DNA of 64,000 nucleotides from Lytechinus pictus (taxonomy: Eukaryota). The DNA lies in contig NC_087245.1 of NCBI RefSeq assembly GCF_037042905.1, positions 16,556,001 to 16,620,000 of the forward strand, written 5' to 3'. The notes below the pieces were generated by a model, which worked only from the letters and a program-made list of their open reading frames with translations, did not search any database and had not been told where the DNA came from. Numbering within the stretch: the first letter of the stretch is position 1; each line of letters begins with the position of its first letter. Positions 12,801 to 24,800 of the stretch are shown here, piece after piece. A program made the position numbers and the translations under genes.

Positions 12801-15800
12801 TACTATGTCCATCTGGACATAGATGCTCAAGGTACTCAAAAAGGATTTCAAGATCAATCAGGGATATTGATAACAGAAGAATTGATAAGATAAATTATCT
12901 GTTTGGTTATCCAACCTAGTAACTATCACTGATTTTGATAACCATAGCCCCGCATGATCCTTCGTTCTCCCAACATGGTATATTTGGGCATGGGCAGTAC
13001 TAGAAAGTTGGAAATACAAACACCTGGATGGATACATTTTTTTTTTCAGAGAAGTGGTATATTACAAAGCTGAACCATGGACACCACAATATAAGCGCAG
13101 GGGAGCATTTCATGAAACATAATGGTCATTGACTTTCACTGACTACTGTTATAAGCTACTGCAAATCCTTGCATCTGATTGGCTCAGAGCAAATTAGCCA
13201 GTGAAAATCACTGACTGCTTGCTTCATGAAACAGGCTTAAGGGGGATGTTGAATAAGATGCCTTCACTCATGTGTAAACTATGATCTGCTTTCCGGAGAG
13301 GGGAATATGATGGGATTTATAGTGGACAGTTTGAATCCAATGTTGAATAAAAGGGGGAAGGGTCCATATTTATTGCACCTCCATCTTTACCACACCAGAT
13401 AAACAGTTTATTTCATAATATAAACCCTGTATAATATAACAATGTCCCTCTCATATTTACATGTAGTTAGACACACAATGCACATGTGTCTGCATGGACA
13501 TCAGATGGCGCTATACCATTAAAACTTTTGATACTTTTTTTTTTACACGATGATTAGGAGAAATGTTACTGTGTCAAATTTGGAAAAAAAATGTTTGCTT
13601 TGAATTAAGACAAAAGAGATTAAAACAACTGCTTCAATTCTGCTGCGTACGCTCCAAACCAGATACAAGTACATGAATTCGTACAGGACTTCTCTTTATA
13701 ATATAGTGCCAACTGACTATTTCTGCATGCTATGATTATATGAACAAGGAGGATAATCTGGGAAAAAACAATTGGAAAAAAAAAACTTCTCTGGGAGAAG
13801 GGAAGGATGAGGACAGCTCTGCTGTACTTTGACAAAAGGAAGCAAGTTACTAAAGTATCATTTGTTGACTAAAGTATCATTTGTTGTAAATGAGTAATGT
13901 GTGCTGGTAATTTACATAGGCATCAATGAAATCTAACAGCATATTTTCTTCAATATCTTTCCATAGAATGATAATTTCTTCCCCAAATTTCGCTTGAACA
14001 TGCAACATACAAAGGTTGTTTCAGAAACAACAATAACTCAAATTTGACTGATGTGTCACTTGCTTCCTTTTGCGAAAGTTGGGCAGTGCTGTCTGGCGGG
14101 GTTACAGCATTGAGTTTGCTAGTATATGGCACATTTAATTCCATATGAAAATGGTAACTGGAAGCTGCATTGACCTCAGATTTGGAGAAAGATGTTCCAT
14201 ATTTTGTAACCCTCATCATACACTGCAGTTGATGCTTCTGGAATGTACATGAACGAAATGATGATCATATCAAAAAGGGATGAAATCACACAAGCAGGCC
14301 ACTCACATGATTTTGTTATTCATATTATCATTTTTAAACACTTAAGATAAATTCAAGTCATGAGATTAATTAATGGAAAAGACTGACTCAAAGTGCTTAG
14401 AAAATGATAATTAGAATGCATCAAAGAAAAAGTGCGTGCTGCTAAGATTTGAGAAGCTCTTTAGCCACAAAAATTGACTGAAGTCTGTTGAGAGGCATAT
14501 GTACTGACTCACAGAAATGCATGAATCAGACTACACAAAATATCTAGTCAAACATTTTAAATGGCTGTGTATCAGAATATGGGGCATCTGGGAATTTGAA
14601 GCAAACCTTTGCACTGAGCCTTTCTTCCTGTAGCTGGCAATTTTGTATCCATTTTTTCCCACAACAGAATTTCCCTTTAAGCCAAATGACTTTCTCTGAA
14701 TAGAAATACGGCTGTTTTGAAAGGAGGCATTCACCAGCATGGACTCTTTAATCACTGATAGTCATCATAATCAATGTTTTAATGGTGGTGTGGTTGTTAG
14801 AAAACAAGAACTCTTTTGGTTAGAAAAAAGTGGTGTGAATACACATAAGAAAAGTAATGTGAGAGTACTAAAATCTGATGGATTATCAAATAATATAAGC
14901 AAATATGAAAAATACCATTGGAGTCTTCGATTTGATCTGCATGGGGTAGAAAACAAGAGCATTAAACGAAAATAGTAAAAGGGAATCCTGTGCACACACA
15001 TCCAGTGAATTAACTACTTCATGTAAAGTATGAGACAGGTCTATACATGCAGATTTGTCTGAAGCATTAGGAACTTCACACACATAACATTAGACAGAGA
15101 TGCCAACTTTTTGGAATTAGAATTAGGGAGGATTTGCAAATAAAATTATGTGCACGTCTTAAGGGTGGAGTGCTCGAGAGGTACATGCTCTTGGGGCTAT
15201 CTTTCAGGAGCCTAAAATGGTATCAGGGGGGTTGGCATCTCTGAGGTGATTACAGCTCTCTGGACAAAATTATTATTGGCATTACAAACATATATCCATC
15301 GATATATCAATATTGATACATCAATGTACAATGCACTCTTTTGACACCATTAATAGCACTCCAGGTCAAAAAGGCAAGTGCGAACAAAGTTCCACACTTT
15401 TTTTCTATTGAGAGTGTGTGTTGTTGCTTACGTGTTGGTATAGCCCCATATAATATTAATTTTGTCATGGAGTACTTTCCCTCTGTCTTAATGTCAGAAT
15501 TGATTAAATGATTTTTTTTTACCTCCGCTAACAAGAGTCTTCCTGTTCGAGCCATCAAAGAGCATCCCTTGCAGGACGTTCAGCTTGTAGTCCACCCAAA
15601 AGACCCGGTCATCATTGCTGAAGTCAATGGTCAGTCCTCGCGGCTGGACAAGTCCCGTTTGGATGACCTTCTCTGAATTCTCTCCATTCATGTAAGCCAT
15701 TGCTATAAAGGCATTGCCGACAGTATAACTAAGGTCGGCCCAATAGACATACCTGTATATAAATCAAAATGGTGATTAGATGATATTCAAATTAAACTAA

Positions 15801-18800
15801 GGGATATTAAAATGGTATTTCAAATGCCATTAAAATACATTCAAATGATATCCGAATGTTGTTTAGTTGGTTTTATATTCAAATACTACTCAAATAGTAT
15901 TCAAGACATGTATATTCAAATTATATTTCACAATATTCAAATAGTATTAAAGTGGTATTGTTTTATTTAAATGGAATTCAAGAAAAATTGAAGAGGTTGT
16001 TAAGTGTTCATCAAATAGGTTTTAAATAGTGTTTATATGGGCCATTAATTAATGCATTGCTTGTCACTTGAACTCAGAAGTGGACAAGGATACAGCAGAA
16101 GGGAAAAAAAGAAGAATGGCAATTCAATAAAGTATGAATGTCTGACCCTCTTTGCAATATCATGTACATACAAGTATTCTACTCTACTCCTTATTTAAAT
16201 TTCAACATATAACATTGATTTTATTACTTTTCACATGTCATTTTGTTATGATCATTGATATTGTATATATTTTGTATTTTACCTTGTAAAGAATTTCGTA
16301 ATTCAGCCTTCGGCTTTGATGAAGTTTTCCTAATAAACCATTTCAATTTAAATAAAAACCTTCCTGAAATGACATGTAGTTCGTTCATATGAAAAGTTGA
16401 AATGCTATCAAATTATCATATCTTGAACAGTTATTAAAGTGACAAAAAAAAGGAGAAAATGGGTGCTGGATGTGCAAAACGGGTTGACTATTGTATTGTA
16501 TTGGAATTGACAAGTAAAAAGGCAAGAAGAGAATTAGGAGGAGGAGGAGGAGTATAATATAGAAAATGAAGGGCACTCATCAGCAACATCAGTGTCACGA
16601 ATACAACTTACCCTCTCCTTGGATTAACGGCAATAGCTGTTGGTTTCTCTACATTGTCCTTGGTAAGTGTTATCTCATGCAATCCATCCAGATCAGCAAC
16701 AGCAATCTTAGGGTAAGGATCAGCTACGATCTGGGTCGACTGACGTTTAGATCTTGACGGCCTTGCATCTATCCCCTGATCAGTGAAATAGATGTTCCTT
16801 CAATGAAAGAGCAAAATAAAGATGAAAGGTTACTTACTTATAGAGCACAAAAACAGACATGTATTCAGCATGCAATTTTACCGATGATTGCATATGTACA
16901 GAAGTAGTGTTGGGACAGTGATTTTCCATTAACCAGTAACTCAGAATGGAAAATCTGTTTCGGTTATTAAATTTTCAAGTGAAGAAAATTAAATGAATTT
17001 ATTTTTGCAAAATGGAATCCATGTTTTTACTGTGTACATTTTCTATGACAAAACAGGATTGCATTGTATATAAAGTTTGAACTGGAATTACAGGTTTCAG
17101 AAACACTTCAACGCTTCATAATATTTTGCAGCTTTCTTCTAACTCATTTCGTTGTTATGCAATCATTTCATTTTTTACATAAATACATGATGCTGAGCTG
17201 CTTTTGGGAGATAGTAAGTATTCACTTGGCTGTGTAGGTATTCCATCTTTATAACTGACCCCAGTCATATCCATTTTATATCACTGTCCAAATACCACAA
17301 TGTGGCTGCAGTCAAGTATTTGAGGCATTTATAAACAGGGGTTTTGAAAAGTGTTTCCTTGTAACATTGATATTATACTGCGATATCGATGATTATGAGT
17401 CGGGCTAGAGTCTCTCTGAACACTCTTTACCCAAGCTGTGTTGACTAAAAATTGAAATATTACATATGTTCATTCTGGAAATTGTACTTTGAAGTACTAT
17501 CTAATGAATATATATTACAAGATCAAGATAATTAAGAAGTAAAATGTCAAAAACCCAATAAATCTTTTGATCTTACCTTCCAATCCAATCTATGGACATA
17601 TCTACAGGCAGGTATAAATTATCAACAGCCAGGTTCTCAGGAGCTATTCGACTGTCATATTGCAATGAATGTCTCTTGATAGAGCGAGTTTCACTGTCTA
17701 CAAAGTATAAATTATCTGCAAAAAAAATCCAAACAAATGAAATACATTTTATAGTTAACATTTGTCAAAGGTTGAAAAAAATAAACAAAACCAATTAAAA
17801 ATATATATACAGTATAGATCTATCTGCCTCTAATAGATTTGTAGGAGAAAATATAATACTCGAATACAATTCACAAAATATATGGCCTACACAAATATAT
17901 ACACCTAGATTCAACGAAGGGTGAATTTGATCTTTTTAATAGCATATACAAATATTAGCTTTAATTATTATTGTGGAGAATCAATGAATTCAAAATAAAG
18001 TATAGGTTTTTAATAGCATATACCAATATCAACCTTAAATGTCATTGCGGAGAATTAATGAATTCAAAATAATAGTGTATGTTTAGAATTTTTTATTTGC
18101 CTCCATAACAAAAAAATTGTATAATTACTACCCGTGAGTTGATAAAGTTTTCTTAGTCAATCTAATGAACTATTGCACATGTAATAATCAAGAAAAACTT
18201 ACTTCGCCCTAGGAGTAACCTCAGAACGCTAGTGCCCCAATAGTTATACATATACCTATTTTCCAAGTTGTATCATATGAAAAGAATTATCCTAACCTAC
18301 TGAATTTCGTAGTAGTAGACATGTAAGTAGTTTGGCACCCTCTACATTTGTATCAGGAGAATGCCTCCTACCCATACAGATATGGGAGAAAATGGGGTCA
18401 GAAAACGTTGAAGCGAATCAAAAAGTTAATCTTGAAGTTGGCTCCCCTTCTGCTGAATATTTTGCCCAAAAATCGCCTAAAGTAGGAATTATGTAAATAT
18501 ATAAAATGTTGATTTGTATTTCAATATGACTGTGATTATCATTACTTGTTTCAAACATATAGTCTAGGCCTTCAATTCTGCTTTGGTGGTCCACAACCAA
18601 CTGTCGAGTCCCATTGACAACTCGGGTAATACTCTGTCCATCAGCTATTATCAAATATGGTGCTTCTCCTGGAAATGTTGGAGTAAAAAAGTACATATTA
18701 AAAGTCGAGTAAGAAGTTCAACCCAAGAGAAGAGCCATGAAATAATATTACACTGTGTGTTAAATCAATTAAATTACACAAAAGTTACTGGCCGAAATGT

Positions 18801-21800
18801 TTTTGCATCAAAATGTGAAAATGGCTGATGAGCTGAAGCAGGTCTTGGAATAGCTGATGACGGCTCATTTTGTTTTAGAAAAATATTTAAACCATTGGGA
18901 AGTTTGGGGTGAATCATTATAAAAGTTGGTTGATTCCTTGCCCTCTATAAAACTAAATGCTGTTAATTGCATACCTACAGTGTATTTTTGTTATGGCTTA
19001 TACAATAGGATTGCATCAAGTATGGCCTTAATCAGTGTTTATGTGATTTTCCTCAACTGTTGAGGAATGCAAAATGATAATAGGCCTCACACATTTCAAT
19101 ATCAGAAAAAATCCATAAAATAGGAAGATAGGAAAATAGGAAGTGGGAATAGATGATCTTGATATTAAAATAAAAGACATTTTACTAGTAAAAAAATATA
19201 ACGTGCTATTCGCTGCTCATTTGCAGGTTCAAAATATTCAAAATAGAGTGAAAGTAGAATTTGGATCAATTTTGGCTTCTGACCATTTCTTAAGATTACG
19301 ATATCAGATTCTTACCATTTGCAATACAACTATTGTTCTGTCCTGAATACCCTTCGGAGCAGGAGCAATTGTAACTACCTTTAGAGTTGGAGCATGATTG
19401 AATGCAGTTAAAATCGGTGCACTCATTCACATCTAATCAAAAACAGAACAAAACAAAGAAGAATATAAAAAGGTGTGTTGAAAGAACCTTCCAATAAATT
19501 ACAAGTCAGTTTCGGGGAAGCACTTCATGAAAAGGACGTTATTACCAAAGTCTGTTTCATCCTTTAATACCACAAAAGCAGTCAGTCACCTGCACTTCTC
19601 AAAAGAAACTTGTCGGGTGACAAACATTAATTAATTCCTTGCTAAAGGAAATATAAGTTAATTTGCTATGCACTGTAATGAAAGGAGAAGTCCATCCCAA
19701 CATGAATATTATTTAAATAAACAATATACAGTTATATGCAAATGAGAAAGTCGATGATGTCACACACTCACCGATTCTTTTGCATTTTACTGTTTGAATT
19801 ATAAGATATTTCAATTTTTGCACACTTGACAATAAGGAACTTCTCACTTAATCACGATAGCTTTTAACAACGGGACTTCTGCATGTTGAGGGAGGAATCA
19901 AACTTTATTTACACTGAGGAAACTTAGAATAAATGGTTAGTGAAAGACTGTAATAGAATCTTGTTCGCTGCATGATCCTACAACACAGATGTCTGCGAAA
20001 AATCCTACACTTGTAAGAGCTACTAGTATTCTAATTGGGTACTGGTCTTTTTTTATCTGAAGGACCAGAGTGGCCAAGGGGGGAATTCCCCAACTCGCTA
20101 GGCTCCGAGTTCCAGCCCGGCCGGGATCCCAACATTACAATTACCAGATATATTTGAAGGATCTGACAGTTAGTTGGAAGACAAATGTTGATGAAATCAA
20201 TAGGTGTACTTACCCACACAATTCCGCCCATCGGCTGCTAACGTGTAGCCATGTTTACACTGGCACAAGACGGCACTGTTTAAATTGATAGTGGTACATA
20301 TATGCTCACACCCACCATTGTTTTCATCACAGGAAGCATCTTTATCTGTGACAACAAGAATCACAAGAGAAATAATTAAACCTTTTCTAGCCAGAATATA
20401 AATTTTAAAGTGTTTCATGTTGAAGTTCTTTATAATTGGTATTACTTTAGTACAAAATATTTACAAACCAATACTTGTAAATGTCAACAATAAAATCAAA
20501 GCCTGTTGCTCAGCATTTGATCCAAGCGGTGACACAAGGGACCCCCCCCCCCCTTTATTCTTTTAGAATCACCCATTGAACATGCATATTAATACAGCTT
20601 AATCTATTAAAGAAGATTGTCATATGTGCCCCCCCCCCCTACTTAAAATTTGTTCTTTGTGCCCCAATTTTGAAATACTAGATCTGCCACTAGTGTGGCT
20701 CAAGCACAAAAATAGCTGGTATAGACATACATGTACAGCATTGAAAAATGATATTCAAGGCTACTTCAGTGAAAAGTAAAATCAAAATAAATTTGTCAAT
20801 TGTCACATTTAATGATGCTGCCGACTTTTCACAGCTGAAATTGATTGGATTAATGACACTATATTATAACAATGGACCTCATTACATCTTCAAGGATACA
20901 GAGACATTTTATTTCTTCTACTTCAATTGGCCTATGAAAATTGCACTAAATCTCCACTATATGGACAATCTAGGATCTGTAAGGGCTCACAATCCTTTCT
21001 AATATAAATTGTAATTGGTTACTACAAAGTCAATAAAATGTTGATGTAACAATGATCTTGATTGGTAATTGCAACCTTTTTGTTCCAAAGCCCTGAGACG
21101 CATTTCATCAACATATTTATCTAGATTTTAGCAAGCTGTCAGATAAAACAGAAAATTCAATGTAATCAATGTTAGCATATAATCTTAGTTTGAATTATTT
21201 CAGTTTATCAAATGTAGGGGTCTTAATGTATTTTTTCCAAATTCAAATAAAACTTACCACAGCCCAATTCATCATAGTTATCCAGGCAGTCATTGTTATC
21301 ATCACACACAGCAGTGAATGGAACACACTCACCACTAGGACATCTGAAAGTGTCACCTGTACAAACACCGGGTGTGCCTAGAATATCAAATGGGAAAGTG
21401 AAGAAATAAGATCAACCCTGCACTTGGACCTATGTATAGAAATGTGAATGTTTATTCATTAGGCCATGCTTGACTCTGGCTGACCAATTCATATCACTTT
21501 TCAGGTTCTGTGTAATATAGATGAATGAACACAAACAATGGTATGAACACGTCATTGAGAACTTAACAGTCAATCAATTAACTAATAAACAGAAATTATG
21601 TATATATTTATAAATATATATAGTATCATTAACCAACAAACCAGTAAATCAAATGATCAATTCAATAATCTATGAATCGAAATACTGATGAATCAAGCAA
21701 TCCAGAAATCAATCCAATCATAAAATAATCTTGGTCCATTTATCAAATAAGTACATGTACAATTTGCCAATCAATTTTATAAATAGAATTCATTCCATAA

Positions 21801-24800
21801 ATCATCTAATACAATGACCAGAATAATGATATACATATATATGTACCTGTATGAGAAAGAATTTTTTTTCTATTCTATTAAGCATTACATACATATAAGA
21901 TTAGTTTTATTATCATTATAAATTAATTCAATTTTATATTGGACTATTCATCAATTTGCTGATCAATCAATGTATTATTAATCAATAATCAATCAACTAA
22001 TCTAACCATAAACCAGGTCAATAATATAATAATAACAATAATAGGATGTTTTTATATAGCCCTTTTCCCATAACGAATCAAAGCGCTTTACAGCATATTA
22101 TTACCCCGGTCATTGGAATCATTTCAATCACGCACGAAAAGTGCACAATTTCCATTCCCTGGGGAGCATTCCTTGCATTCATCGCAGCCTCATAATGGCG
22201 CTGGCCAGTAGCGGACCGTGACCCGGAGGAGACAAAGCATTGGAGGGGCACTGTATTGTTTGTGAACAATGCTGTGCCCCCCCCCCCCAATGCTTTGTCT
22301 CCTCCGGGTCACGGTCCGCCACTGGCGCTGGCATATATTCAAACATACAAAAACTTTTGCATCCTACCAGGAACCCATTTAGCACCTGAGTCGAGTGTGG
22401 CAAAGTGTGGATTAACACCTTGCCAAAGGACGCTAGACCGTGGTGGGATTCGAACACGCGACCCTCTGTTACAAGGCTAACCCAGAGAGCTCCAGCCCGC
22501 GTAGCGGGCTGGAGCCCAGACGCTCAGTGTGCAAACGGGCATTAAGGTGAGAGTACCGTGAAGTTTGGTCAAAATAATTTTGATAATACATAATTAAAAC
22601 AGAAATTAAGCACTTACCACGATTGTATGGATGATAGTCTAACGAGTGGCAGTTTCCTGACATCGAGGCACAGACTGGAACCTCAAAAAACGATCAGTTC
22701 TGTCGCGGTAGCTCTCCTCTTTCAGAATTCAACACAAAATGGCCGATCGAGACCGAGGCTAGTATAGCACTAGCGCATATAGACTTTGTCAAATTCGCGC
22801 ATGCGCCCTACACCCTTTCGAACGGCCATTTTGCTATGAATTTTGAAAGAAGGAGAGCCACCGCGACAGAACTGATCGTTTTTTGAGGTTCCAGTCTGTG
22901 CCTCGATGTCAGGAAACTGCCACTCGTTAGACTATCATCCATACAATCGTGGTAAGTGCTTAATTTCTGTTTTAATTATGTATTATCAAAATTATTTTGA
23001 CCAAACTTCACGGTACTCTCACCTTAATGCCCGTTTGCACACTGAGCGTCTGGGCTCCAGCCCGCTACGCGGGCTGGAGCTCTCTGGGTTATTACAAGGC
23101 GAGAGTCAGAACCACTACACCATGGCTCTTCCACAATCAATCAATCAACAATCCATCCATCCATCCATGAATCAATCAATCAATCAATAAATAAATAAAT
23201 AAATAAATCAACCGATCATTCAATCAAGCAAACAGTGTGGCAACTGGACCATTAATCAATCAACATGTTATCAATCCATCTATTAAATATAATTGATATA
23301 TCAATCAATTAATCCATCCATCTAGAAACAAGAATCTTACATCGTTCTTCATCACTTGTGTCCGACTCTCCACAATCGTTGTGTCCATTGCATACTTGAG
23401 CTCTCCATATACACAGATCAGACGAACGGCACCTGAATCGTATACCTTCACTTGTAACACAATTGCTGGATTCTATTCATGAAGGAAATCATAGTTTTTT
23501 GTTATTATCTGGCATCTTTATATTGATGTGTAAATGCTGAGGAGAAAGCAAAAAAAATCTATTACTTTGAAAGCTGCAACGAAGAGACAAATTTTCTTCC
23601 TTCGAGAATCATTATCACCAGGGCTAGTATTCAATTCAGAGCACTGATTGCCTAAGTAAATTACTTCATCAAGGGACAATTGAGTAACAAAGATATATTT
23701 ACTTTAGCAACACACTGAGTAAAACAGTTTAATATTTGGCTTAGGTATTGAATTGTACACTGGCCCAAAGCAATTTTGCCATCATGTCCATTACATGAAT
23801 TTTAAGTTCTCTCTTCTTAATGAAAAATAGAGAAATCAGTCATTTTTTTTGTATATAAGCTCAAAGAAATGTTTACTCACGGCATGCCTCTCTGGTTTCG
23901 TCGCTTCCGTCCCCACATTCATTCGTTCCATCGCAGACATACTGCACCGGGATGCAACGATTGTTGGTACATCGGAACTCACCTTCCTCGCATCCTGTAG
24001 ATGCTGCAGATGTATCATGAAGAGAAAAACAAATTATAACTGAAATGATTACAAGTATAATCACATCACAATACTGCGATAAATATAACATGGAGCATGA
24101 ACTCACAAAGTCAGTGGCTATCTCTTTTACCTTGTATCACTTCATCAGAACGGGCAATTACAAAAATAGAAGAATTCCGTGCAAAACAATTGAATATGAA
24201 TCAGTGTTAATTCTCAGTTTCAGCAAATCCTAAAAGACTTTTCCAAGGCCCATCCGGTTTTCATACACCTGATGAAAGTAAACCTATGATGTAACAAACT
24301 GGAGCACTTCACAAGTATACACTGAAATATCATATATTGAACTATTACATTTTAATGTTCTTGATATGCTAATGAAGGAACAGAAGGGGTTTTTTAAGCT
24401 CAATTCCATTCCAAACCTGGCAAACTTTCTCTCTCATGCAAGGATGGGGAGACTAACAAAAGCTAAGTAGAGAACTGACACAGAGAAAGGCAATTGGGGG
24501 CAAAGAGAAGGAGTAGATTTATTGGGATTATAGAGGAAAGACCGGCCAGGAGAGCATTCCATAAAGCATCCTGTCATAAGTGTTTATAAGAGAGTATTAT
24601 AAGCTACTGTAATATTTGATTTGATTGGCCGAGATCAAATTTTTCAGTGAAAACCAGTAACAACATGCTTTGTGAAATGTTCCCCTTGGAAAAGAATGGA
24701 GGATAGTGGAATTTGTTGCAGCCCGGGAGGGGGGGGGGATAGCTGTGAGGTAACAAACTGCAATATCTTCAAATATTTTCTCCAAAAAAACATGCTACTT

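Larger units (their letters stand above)
22021..23128 (-). mobile_element. tRNA-derived SINE interrupted by two MITEs
   Basis: Minus strand A-box-like TGGTGTAGTGG and B-box GTTCGAATCC, core CACTCGACTCAGGTG..AAATGGGT, (TTA)n-like tail; head shared with the copy at 48912. Confidence 0.78.

Noticed and set aside
12000..15100. Possible nested gene in the 4.9-kb intron
   Set aside because: Only short ORFs with no domain signature or coherent splice structure that I can see.
22469..23190. Identical ORFs on opposite strands suggesting a duplicated gene
   Set aside because: They are the two arms of the inverted-repeat MITE.
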